The notes under the pieces were generated by a model. The model searched no databases, was not told where the DNA came from, and saw only the letters and a program-made list of their open reading frames with translations. The translations under genes were made by a program, and so were the position numbers. A stretch of 63,614 nucleotides of DNA, the filler included, from Collodictyon triciliatum (Eukaryota): the NCBI GenBank assembly GCA_043381765.1. It is 6 parts of 6 records of this genome, joined end to end, with 100 filler letters (N's around TTAATTAATTAA, not from the genome) between each part and the next. Parts side by side here need not be neighbours in the genome. Positions count along the whole stretch, not along the records: positions 48,373 to 60,232 come from JBHJMP010002263.1; positions 60,333 to 63,614 come from JBHJMP010002353.1; 4 more parts are not named here. One strand, given 5' to 3'. This document shows, piece by piece, positions 48,273 to 63,614 of this stretch (its first letter is position 1; each line of letters opens with the position of its first letter).

Positions 48273-50377
48273 NNNNNNNNNNNNNNNNNNNNNNNNNNNN
48301 NNNNNNNNNNNNNNNNTTAATTAATTAANNNNNNNNNNNNNNNNNNNNNNNNNNNNNNNNNNNNNNNNNNNNTTTTTGTTCTATTTTTTGTTCTATTTTT
48401 TGTTCTATTTTTTGTTCTATTTTTTGTTCTATTTTTTGTTCTATTTTTTGTTCTATTTTTTGTTCTATTTTTCATTCTATTTTTTATTTCCTTTGATTCG
48501 TACGGTAGTTCTTGGATTTCTTCAACCGATGGGGGAAAAAAAGCCTTCCGCCCAGACCAGCAACCAGGGGAGGAGAGAGTAAGAGGGAGAAGCGCGTTGT
48601 GCCCCTGCGCCAAAAGTCATTTGCCAAAAGGCCGGCCTGTTGGCTGCGCGGAGGATTTGGCAGCGCCTTTTTCTGGAATGCGACGCCCAGGCTTCGTTTT
48701 CGTGTATTTCGCCGAGCAGCCATTGCGCCCGCAACAAACCCCACACCAGCGAAAGAAAAACGAATTCATATATGGAATTTATAATTAAATCTATAAAAAA
48801 ATATACTAAAATTTTTCTTGTGGTACTCCAATCAATATAATACTAATGATTGGGTTTATATAGTATGTATAATAATGTGATTGTTTTGGGACTTCACCAC
48901 AAACCCATGTTTCAACAAAAATCTAATTAGCATCAATTCTTCATCCGCTCATGGAAAGCATCCCAATAAGTTCTCAATAATGAGCTGTGTACAGAACTTT
49001 ATACACAATAAGACTAATATACTGAAAAGGATTTATTCAAGGAATCCTCCCTCGGCCGTCCAGCCCCACAACACACAAAACATTAATTATAAAGAAACAT
49101 TTTGGTCATTGATCAAGAATAATCCAGCCGGGCGTTGAGTCGCCAACTACCACGTCCTCTTCCCGACAAGGCCCCGATCCTTCTGCGACATCAGAGGGCT
49201 TGGGAGGAAGTTGTATGGGGCAAAGTAAGCAGCCAGCGACGTTCTCCAAAGCCAGGCGATCAACAGACTGGCAATCACTTAACCAGGCGCAAAAAAAAAA
49301 AAGTTGACCAAGAATATACAGCCAAAACCGATCAAATCACAACCAGGAAAAAAAAAACAGAGGGAAAGAGAAAAAAAAAACCACCCCAAATATACACTTG
49401 TGTGTTTCTGTTAAACCGTGGAGCAAGGAAGAGAGGCAGCCCGCTTGTACCTGGACTGTAAAATGACCTGCCTTTCTCTCAATATTCTGGAAAGTTTTTC
49501 TTGGGGCTGAGATCCTTTTTGAGAGCTGTTCCGCCGTCCTCCTATCATCTCTCTCCTTTTCTTGCGTCTTTTCTCCACCACTATCTGGCAATGCTTTTGT
49601 ACGGTGAGCAATTGGCAATGTTCAACCCCTTCAGTACTCCACACCATACCTTTTTGCCCTCTTCCTCTTTTACTCCTAAGAATAATTACCGTGCCTCTTT
49701 GAACTGCCCCTACACAACTGATTCAACCTAATAGGAGCCCATAACCAAAAACTAAGTGACAAAATCAATTCGTTACACCCTAGAAAGCCTGAAACAGGCG
49801 GCTTCGCGCTCCACTTTGAAGCTATCTCTTATATTGTCGTCTATTATGTGAAAGTAACCTAAAGTGATCACTCAAAGCCAAACCCAAAATGATCGAAACG
49901 CTCGGGAAATGTCTGCTCCTTTCCAACAAAACAAGACAGGACTAACTCGCTCCTTTTAGATCGCAGCCACACTATCCTTTGCACCTCAGCTTCTAAATAA
50001 GAAAAATATGTTGTCAGCCCTATTAACTACCAACCTTATTTACTTCTCTGTCTTTTAACCCTTTCGCTTTCGATCTCTTCGCCACTCTATACCACTCCAC
50101 CGCTCGAGTACTATGACCCTAGTTCCAAATACATGGCCAAACCACATCCTCGTTCCACTTAGGACTTACTACTCATGAATCTATTCATCACCGCTCTAAC
50201 ATACCCTGATATCGACCAAATATCCCTTTCCACCAGCTGATCATACTTGTAAAGTACGTTGGTGACTGACAAGATACTCGCTGCCCTAAAAGACGCAGCC
50301 CTCGGAGTCCTTGTCACTGAACCAGTCTAACCTTACGTCACCCATGATTCATAGGCCCTATTCTACTACCTTAGAAG

Positions 50378-51792
<1,415 letters not shown>

Positions 51793-53178
51793 GTCAATCA
51801 CAGTGACAACCACCCGAAAAAAAAACGGGACGATAAAACGGCCCTTTTACCATTCAGGACGCCTCATCCCCTTTTCCCTTCTATGCATAACGCAAATACC
51901 TGTCTTGTCCTCACTATTCAATCACTATGCATTCACATATTATTTCATTACCCGTGCCCCTTTTCTTTACTACCTCTTTTTCCTTTTCTCATTACTTCCC
52001 CTCTGCTCTCCGTCCTCTCATTCCCGTGCTCATCCATCCCCTAAAAGAATCCTCATGGCCATTATCTGTGTGGCCCACGGCTTGTCTCGCTAAGGCCCTG
52101 CCAACACCCAGGAGGGTCGGCACTACAAAGGCCACATACCGTCCCTCAAACGGCTTTCCGCTTCATCTTTGATTCTTGACAAAGAGCTTCGAGGGGAGCA
52201 GACCAACGCGATGAAATAAAATATGAGGAAAACTAACAAATACCCTATTCGCCCTACACGGCGCAAGACAGACATTTAACCTTGAGTAGTTTGAACGTAT
52301 GCTGTATACCTGCTCCATTTCAAGATTATCCGTTTGGCATGCAACAAAAAAGAAAAAAAAACGAGGAAGACGGTAAAAGAAATGGTCCTCCTTTGCCCGT
52401 CGAATCATATTCTTCATGTGGGGATATACCACCCCATATTCAGTAGGACACTGTCATAAGACGAGGAGGAGCGTAGGATACGGTGAGTTAGTAGGGATAA
52501 TATGATGAAGAAGACCATGGCGCACAACAATTCAAAGCTATCTGCCAAGAAGTATTCAAATAAGAAGGGCGAGCATTCTAAAGAAATAAAATCCGCCCAA
52601 CCCATTTCACAGCCATTGGTCATGACAAACCTCACCGCTTATAACATGGTGTTTTCATTCATGTGGTTGGTTTCTAAAATGCTAGCTTAATCCTCTTTCG
52701 AGTTGTCGTGATGCAAGTCGGATGATTTTGTTTAAGGCTATCTCTGCTTGCGTAACTCACCTCATATTATTAATCCCTAAATCTCCCCGCCTCCTGTTGG
52801 GTAGACGTAAACTGATAAACCTTAAGCAGGCACACTGTATATGGACGACTCTTTTCTGGAATATAACATGCACTTGTGGGCACATGTTTGCCACCCGAAA
52901 ACAAAATGAATTATATATTCCACAAATAAATGACATGTTAGTGCTATTTCACTGAAAGATTGGATGAAAATCATATACCCCACAAATTCGTTGCGACTAG
53001 TCGATCAGAACCAAAGGCAAAAGCAACAAAGAAAACAACTTTACACACGATAAACCGCAAAATGGCTGCAGAAACCAGCATTTCTTTTTGGCGTGTTTCG
53101 GCCTTTGCCTCTGGGTTATCATTTCTTCACGTTAAAAAATAAGCCTGCTTGGCTTGGGTGGAAACCACGTCCGCTGAA

Positions 53179-53209
<31 letters not shown>

Positions 53210-53536
53210 GAAAAAACCAGGCAAAATAACAAGATTTTAAGTAATACAAATAAGCATCCTGTCGAGCTGTCTTTCGCTACTAGGAAACAACCCTTCTGTT
53301 TCGATCTGGCTCTAGAACCACAACTCGCAGTTTCAAACGAATCATTTTACGTGAAGTTGATTCCTTCCTTCCTTCCTTCCTTTAGGAACGATTCCTCGAC
53401 TTCCTTCTGTCTTCAGCCCACAAAAAACAAAAAACAAAACAAAACAAAACATATAAAAAAAAAAACAACCTACTAAAGGTGAAAATTGAAAGACTCTTGA
53501 AACCAAATCGTAAAGCTGTAGCAGAGACTGTATCCG

Positions 53537-56500
53537 ATGGACGGTAGCAGAGTCAATGGTGCAAACAAGGATGAGACGGAATCCCAGCCGCACACCCCAG
53601 TCAAAGCTGCCACTTTCCAAGCGCAATCCCAATCCCAAATCCGATCAGATCCCCCAATACAGATAGAAACCCAGTCACTAGAACAGACACAGACACAGTC
53701 TCAAATGCAAGCGCAGTCTGTGACGGAACCGCACGAGCAAACCTCTCATATGGCCGAATCCTCAGGCCTTCTCGTTGGTGATTTTCCAACGCCACAGCGC
53801 CACGTCGATCCGTACTGCTCCATCTTTGCCTCACCTTTTGGGACACACACGCCCGTTCTGCGTGCTCCCTTCTCGACCAGCCGTGCAGGTGCGTCTCTGA
53901 TCACGTCTCGAGGGACTCCCTTCAATCACCTCGCAACACCAGAAAGCGTTCTTGGCACCGCGGTCGCACAGCCTGGCTCTTCTTTCGACCCCGTGAGCCT
54001 CAGCCCCTTCCACTTCCCGCACAGCTCGCTTCATGAACATGATACTGCTCAAGGTACAGCGTTCTTCACAACAGAAGGGGAAGAATTTATAGAGGAAGAG
54101 AGGAGCATATTCTTTGATTGAGCAAATGAATATTTTCATGAGCATTATTGTTTTTGCGATGCACATGTTATTTTTTGAGTGCCCACGAATGATAGTCTCA
54201 ATATCCCATTTATCTAACGTATTACATTGTATATAGGCGATCCACATCTTTACAACCTTGCACATATGTCATCTAGGCAGATTTTGTACGTTTATGATAA
54301 ATCTGATCTCATTTTGTTTTCACCTAGATAATATCCATGGGACCCAAAATAGAGACATTCACTTTCTCTCTTCTGTTTTCCACTTTTCTTTTCTCTTGAT
54401 TTTTGTTCCTTATTCAATTACGGAGGCAAGAATCATGGATTTCTTTGCACCTAATTCTATATGAATATAGTTCCCCTGCCGCAGAATCACCTAGCAGAGC
54501 TCTTCAAAATCACATGGATCTGAATAGTCCTAGCCATCTGCATTTAGGATCGCGATACAATAGTACTACTATGTTAAAAATATCTTATCGAACAATTATT
54601 TCTAATTTACTGAATTTTATCATTGAAATGGCCTGTGAATACTAAAAGTAAATAAATAAATGATATCACGATGAATTATTCCTCTAAAACATTAAATATA
54701 GTGCCTCGGAGCTCTTTTAATTCTACCCTTCCGATTCAACGGAAATTGAAATATATGGAGCCGATCACAAATGAGGAACCTCAAATGACCATAAATCCCA
54801 ATGAGGTTTGCAAATCCCATTCACATATTATATTCAGATGTGTCTATATAAAAAATATAGCATTAGCGTTTTCTCAATTCTCATATATATTGGATTAAAA
54901 TACCAATATCCTCAGGTTACGAAAATCACCCCACCATCCAATCACACAAGTATGAGAAATAGCACCCCTGTAGTTTCTAGTGCGTTATTCAGTAATTGCG
55001 ATACTTACTCCGAACAAGATGGAATTCGAGTACCTCAGTAATTTTCACCAATCCTTCTATCGTGCTATCAAATGTTAACGCTACAAAATACATATAAAAG
55101 TTCTAATCCTGTCATTTGCATATAAACATAGCGACACCCCAACGTCCCGAGTAAATGCTGTATGACAAGAACTTATACATGCTATAGATTCCTTGAATAC
55201 CTTTCCTGTTTAATTTATCTGTATTTGACCATATATTTGAACCTATTTTAAGGGGCCTCAAAAACCTGGTGCACGGTGCTGCAATTGTAAACACTCGCGC
55301 TGTCTGAAACTGTATATGCTCATTCATCTACTTTATTAATTTGTATGTATGTATGTATGTATGTATGTATGTATGTATGTATGTATGTATGTATGTATGT
55401 ATGTATGTATGTATGTATGTATGTATGTATGTATGTATGTATGTATGATGTATGTATGAATTTTATAACCGCTTTCAGTCTCTGTGTCCTGTTCTACTGA
55501 TAAAATTTAATAAATACTAAAAAAAACTTCCAATTTTAATAATTGTTGATTCGTTTTTATTACAGATATTGTGAATGCTTCGCCAGCGCTGTTTATTGCC
55601 AAGGCTGTCTATGTGTCAACTGTTACAATAACCCTGAGAATGCGACAGAACGTGCAAAAGCCATCTCACAATTACTGGACAAGAAACCAGATGCTTTCAC
55701 CCCAAAAATACAAAACTCGTTGGTTGGTCATAATTCATCTATGAATATAATTACTTTTCGTCTTGACCACTCGCAAATAAATCACTAAAGGCGAGGATTA
55801 ATTAGGGAAATACTCGCCATCACCGCGGTTGCAATTGTAAAAGATCTGGGTGCCAGAAAAAATATTGCGAATGCTACCAAGCTGGGTAACTGCACGCCCC
55901 TTTTCTGTTATGCGACACATTATTCATCAGTTGAAAGCCATGAATAAAACAAGTATTTTGAAATATGTATATGTACATATACCTAACCAATATACTGCAG
56001 TATTCCGTGTTCATATCATTGCAAATGTCATGATTGTAAGAATACAGAAGGACATCTCCATGATTCTGCGTAATCTATTTATTTTGCTTCATTCTACTTC
56101 ATCTTTTACCTTGGAAGTTTAAAATTCTCGCATTTTCGTTCTGGTAAATCCATTTTAATTTAATACTCCGAATATAAAAGTCATAATGGGTCCGAGTCTA
56201 GCACTCGAGCAAAGCGTTCCCGCTCATACAGGGGGTCTGGGAAGAAGCAAACACCAGAGGTATAATTTTATGCTTAGTCTCAAAATTCATCTCAGAACGA
56301 GATATCATGTATTTCTTGCGGAATTATTTATGTTTTCAAAAACTGTAACTACCATTCAGTATCGCACTCATATTCCTGTCACTCAAATACCAATTGCCAT
56401 CCACTATTTAGTCTACAAGTAGCTTTACATCTCTGATGACTCAAGAGCGATACCCACCTACCCCAACAGAAAAGGCTTTGTATGCATAATCCTCATACAT

Positions 56501-56952
56501 GATATGTTTGACATAATTTCTTAACCACCGGCCCTTGTCTCAAAATTCCTTGAAGTATAGCATATATATTTTCTATTTACTCGCTTGTTTTCAATCAGTG
56601 CTATCCATGGATTCCTTTCTCCTCGTATGGGCCAAATATGCCAAGATTACTTGCACAAAGCACTATCTCAATATGGTATCTCCCTTTCAGAGCATTTGAT
56701 CTTTCTTTGATGTCCGAAACATAAGTATCTCATATGATTCAATCAAACCTTAGCTTCATTGAAACAAGGATACTCTCACCACACTCATTCAACGAATGGC
56801 GGAGCAAACACTCAAGAAGACGATTACAAAATCGCAGGTTTGTTTAGAATGTGCTGATAAGCAAGAAGAGTGCTCCAGAACATATTTACACAAAATCTTC
56901 ACTTTTTCCCTGTTCAGATGATTCGAGGGCTCTGTGCTCCGCGCATTCAATA

Positions 56953-56986
<34 letters not shown>

Positions 56987-57357
56987 ATTCTTGTTGAGTC
57001 TAATAAATGAATTTTTTAAAAATTGGTTTTGTTTTTATTTTCATGACACCAATTTGCATGCCATACAGGCATCATTCACCATGAAATTCAAGAAAATCTG
57101 TTGACGTCATTCAGTGATACTCTTGAAGGGATTCTCGTTTCATTGGCCAGCATGAAAAGTGTGTGTATGTACCGACACAACCGCTTCTATACTTTAATAC
57201 AATTTTAGTGGTTCTGGCATTTCTCATATTTCATTAAAAAAAAAAAAAGAAACCGTGTAACTATTTTTTAACTTAAAACGCACAAGCAGACGAATATGGA
57301 GACACAGACCACGTTACCACCAGAGACACATATGACGACCCTGCAGGACATTCGTGA
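53537..57357 (+). CDS. LIN54: LIN54/tesmin/TSO1-like CRC (double CXC) DNA-binding protein, MuvB/DREAM component (3' end approximate)
   Basis: CNCKHSRCLKL|YCECFASAVYCQGCLCVNCYN, linker KPDAFTPKI, HHRGCNCKRSGCQKKYCECYQAG|IPCSYHCKCHDCKN. Confidence 0.85.
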
Positions 57358-58117
57358 TATGCCCTAGTCTGCCTCCGAAATCAATGCGAAATCCACTCGG
57401 CATTACACCAAACGAACGTTCTAGCAACAAGAAAGAAAAAACTACAAAAACAAGGAAAAGAAAAAGTAGCAACCTCTCGGCCTTTTGTGCGTACTGAAGC
57501 CCCTTAGCGAACAGCTCAAAGGAAAATACTGCTGTTGTGTTAGATTTCATACACACGAACAATCAAAAACTCGGGTTTCCAAGGGTGCATCAAACCAGCC
57601 CATCTTTCTCTTGGTTTTTTTTTAACTGCGGACACCTTCTTCCCTTTCCTCTGATTATCATCACATTTTCATTAGTTTATTATCCAAATGTGCAACTATA
57701 TTACTAGCAGAAAAGAAAAAACGATGTAACATTACTCCAAGAAAAGAAAAACTCACAAATCAAATATCGACTCCAGCCGCATCAAATCCCTTTTTTATTT
57801 TATTTTATTTTCAATCTCCCTTATGCATCAAACGATTAAATAAATCTTATTTTGCTCTCATTCCCTCGACACAACGTCCATTAGAGAACACACACATCAG
57901 AGTCACAACCCTTCCAAGTCAAATCACCGCACTTTCTGATCCCCGCGCAGAATGACACTCGCGTTAAAAGGGAGAGACCGCGTATGGACGGAGCAGACTT
58001 TGTTTGTGTAATTGCGGCAGTCTAACTGAGTCGGCCTCTGGTGAAAGAAAAGGAGAGGAAAGGAAAGGGGAGGAAACAAATGAAAAGAAAGAAGCCTGCT
58101 GATCCAAAAGCGCTTTT

Positions 58118-59840
<1,723 letters not shown>

Positions 59841-60332
59841 CTCCAACCGGTGTAAAGACTTCTGCGGACATAATGACTTAGCGTTTATCAGCGCTTTCTT
59901 GACCGCTTCATATCACTTGCAGGCCTGCCGAGTCTGGTGATTTATTCGCCTCGCCTTCCACACCGCCAGCTCGCCGAAACCTTGGTGCCATCAACTCTTA
60001 CACGATCAATTTTTTGTGTGATTATGTTTCATTAAATCTGGAATTTATCATAAATGCATAACTTTAAGTTTATTGTACTTGATTTTCCATGCATGAATAT
60101 ATGCAATATGTACATTATCTTATTATTAATTAAATTAGCTGCAGGCAGCATGTTTTTTTTTGCGATAACGGTTGACTCGCAACAGCCATCAAATCAATCA
60201 CGAAATCAAACACACACACACACACACACACANNNNNNNNNNNNNNNNNNNNNNNNNNNNNNNNNNNNNNNNNNNNTTAATTAATTAANNNNNNNNNNNN
60301 NNNNNNNNNNNNNNNNNNNNNNNNNNNNNNNN

Positions 60333-60417
<85 letters not shown>

Positions 60418-60460
60418 AAGCAAACCTGATTCGCACTAAAGTCTTTATTCTCGCATCAGA

Positions 60461-62005
60461 ATGGATCGGTCTGCGCTTCCTCCACTCCCGAGTCATCAGC
60501 CTCCGCCTCCGCCTCCTCCGCCAACTTTAACAGCCTTAACAACTTCAACAACACTATCCACTTCAACAGCTTTACCCACCTCCACAACCTCCACCACTTC
60601 AAAGCCAAACGCCGCACACATTCCCGGCACCACAATTCGCCTGACCAACCCAAAACGACCGCCTCCGCCGATCCCGTATGAGTCGCTCCCAAACGCAGGG
60701 TCTTCATCATCGCCGCTGTCCGGACAAATCTGGGATCCGTCTCTTTTGCCGCCTCCGCCTCCTTTGCCTGCGCCTTCATCTCCACCGCCAGTGCGGCGCG
60801 TACCGACTTTACCAAACACACCAACACAAACAGCAACGTCATCACAATCACAATATCAATCATCACAATCACAATATCAATCATCACAATCATCACAATC
60901 ATCATCACAATCATCATCACAATCACAACCACAATCACAATCACAATCATCCGCACCCTTGGTTTCTCCACGACGCGGACAAACGACAAACTTCTCTCTC
61001 AGTGGTGTCTCCGATCTTCTCCACTCGCTGATTCGTGGCAAAGAGACGAATCCGTCGCCACGTAGTACTCGCAATCTTAGTGCCGGATCGCTGCCGGACT
61101 CGCTTTCCACCCACTCTGATGTGTCCGCCCAATCGAGTTCATCGCCCGTCCAATCGTTGCTTTCGACTGTCCATGAAGACCACATGCAGCTGGAATGCCG
61201 CACTACTGTTCAGCTTGTCGGGTCTACTCAGACTCATCCTGCACTCCCATCTGCCGGAGATGTGCGTTTATCGTCGTCGAATACAACTTCCATCAGCGCT
61301 GCTGTTCAGGCGGGCTTATTTGACGAGAGTTCTGGGTTTGCAGACGATGGAGCAGATAAGAGGCGATCAGCCAACTTCCTCCTGTTGGAGGAGCGTGCAG
61401 AAGAGACTAAAGTCCAGATGTGTACGCAAGGGCTCGTCTACTTTTATCTTGAAAATGAGGAGCTGCAAGCGGACTATCTCCAGGCGTGGATGATGCTCCC
61501 TGTGGCAAATGCCCAGGTGCAGTTGGTCGTTCATTAATTAATTTTTAATCTTTCCCCTGAATATAACTTTTTATTTCTTATTTTTATTTCTTATTTTTAT
61601 TTCTTATTTTTATTTCTTATTTTTATTTCTTATTTTTATTTCTTATTTTTTAAATGTCTCTTATTTCATATGTTTGTGGACCTTTGTGAAAATACCACTG
61701 ACTTCAAATTGCTACAAACATGTTTTTTTTTTGTTTTTGCTTTTGTTTTATTCTTTTTTATTCTTTTTTATTCTTTTTTATTCTTTTTTATTCTTTTTTA
61801 TTCTTTTTTATTCTTTTTTATTCTTTTTTATTCTTTTTTATTCTCTAATTTTTCCTCGTTATAAGGTCTTCCTAGTTGCTACATCGAACGGCAATCTCTT
61901 TCGACTTCTTGGGGCTGCTATCACTGTGTCTCAGAGCATAAAATGTATTATCAGATATGCAAAAATTGCATGTGGAAATTGTCCATTGGAGGTAAATGAT
62001 TTATC

Positions 62006-62065
<60 letters not shown>

Positions 62066-63315
62066 TTGTTGTTTTATCTGCATGTCGGTTTTATCAATAT
62101 ATCTTTTCTTTTCTCCTTTCTCGGATTCCATATTGTTTCCAAGATTGAAAACTATGAAAGAGAAGAAAATACTGTTTATTTCAACACAGAACTCTCGACG
62201 GCATATTCTTGAGTATGTCGCATCAGCCGAGGAAAGATATGAGTATTTGATAAAATGTACAACAAACTGCCAGCAAAAAATCGACGATAAAATGGCACGA
62301 CATCAGGTTTAGTTTATACTTGTCTGCTCTAATTTTTTCCACTGCTTTTATGTTTATAGAGCTGTCGTAATATTACGCAAAGCCGCCATACACTTGGATT
62401 TTCCACCATAAAATAATTTCACTGACATCAAACTGCTATCATTCTTATAATATGCCTCTGTCTACTCGGGGCGGCTTATTTCCAACTGCAGTTGATGAGT
62501 GCTGTAAAGTCCTTTCAACATGCGGCTCAACAACTTATTTCTATCGGTGCTGGGCAAATTGAAGAGAAATCTATTGAAGCATTGACGGCAGACTCTATTA
62601 CTGACCCATTGGTTGGTGTGGGTGTCCAATTTATTCAGGTTTTTCTTTGAATACTACCCAAAAATACCACTCGTAATGGAGAAACGATGTTACCAATTAC
62701 TTTCAACCTAAAATGAATCAATTATTATAGCAAATTGAGACGGCGTCCGACATTCGAACATTTGATCAATTTTATCCTGACCTTACCCGAATTAATGCTG
62801 CTTATATATCTTCCATACACCAAAGAGCTGCAAGTTGCAAAACCGCATCCCTGCGTAGGTGTCTTCATGATATAACCAAAGAACTCAGGTCCCGATTTTA
62901 TTCATATATATATCATTAGATTTGTCATTTTTTGGCGATTGATTTTTATTGTATTTTGATTTTAATTTTGATAAATATCACCTATCTATCGATTATATCG
63001 CCTTTTCCTAGACATGAATTTTACTTCATATTTTAAAAATAAATCATTAGCTCACATCACACTGAGCTCCTTGAATTTGCCAAAGGATATTCATCAGACC
63101 CTTCACTTTCCAAAAAATACCATAATGCGAGGTTTTTTGTTTGTTTCGTTTGTTTTATTTTATTGTCTGTATTTGTGCTCTTTTAAGTACTTTGAATTCA
63201 TCGATTTTTTTTCCCTTTAATTCGATTCAAGGGAAGGAGGAGTAAGTCATGTGTCATTTTATTTCCTACTTATGCGAACTTAAAAATAAAGAAAATTATG
63301 CTTATCCAGTGATGG

Positions 63316-63406
<91 letters not shown>

Positions 63407-63581
63407 TTAATTATTTTAATTATTTTGTAGGCACAATTTGAAGGAATTGAAGTCTAAGGCATCAGCAATATCCACCATAATTGTTTTGTGTCAGTTGGCT
63501 GAAAAATGTGGCACTGCCTCAATCAATAAGCTGAAATCTCACATTGAAAGCTTGGTGAAGCAAATACCGAAATTTGAACAA
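60461..63581 (+). CDS. Hypothetical protein with Pro/Ser/Gln-rich N-terminus and amphipathic helical-bundle C-terminal region (continues beyond the window)
   Basis: ~1.06-kb first exon with PPPP motifs, then in-frame GT-AG exons VFLVATSNG..., NSRRHILEY..., LMSAVKSFQHAAQQL..., QIETASDI..., AQFEGIEV... Confidence 0.65.
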
Positions 63582-63614
63582 GTAAATATGTTTCTTTTTC
63601 TTTGCATTTCTGTA

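Noticed and set aside
48484-49731. Short GC-richer ORFs upstream of Rab2
   Set aside because: No recognisable motifs or consistent splice chain; probably promoter or UTR sequence.

Overview
This is eukaryotic, AT-rich, intron-dense genomic DNA, most consistent with a protist. It is not one locus: five ~12-kb scaffolds plus the start of a sixth are joined by artificial 100-nt linkers (44N-TTAATTAATTAA-44N). Genes spliced by hand are a TPR protein, a partial tRNA, a large LRR-Roc-COR-kinase-(SAM) Roco gene, a decayed LINE RT, TFIIH p62 (GTF2H1), SF3B6/p14, an intronless STAT-like factor, cytoplasmic dynein heavy chain, a large Kelch-CUB receptor TKL kinase, Rab2, a LIN54/tesmin CXC protein, SR-beta and several hypothetical genes. 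Highlights: (1) a U12-type AT-AC intron in SF3B6, implying a minor spliceosome; (2) a Roco LRR array built from symmetric phase-0 exons with a duplicated higher-order module, a candidate shuffleable receptor; (3) an intronless STAT-like gene possibly nested in a dynein intron; (4) a 2x[12 Kelch-CUB-Cys-rich] receptor kinase; (5) a GC-AG intron in SR-beta. All exon models and family assignments come from manual reading and motif recognition, with no database searches.
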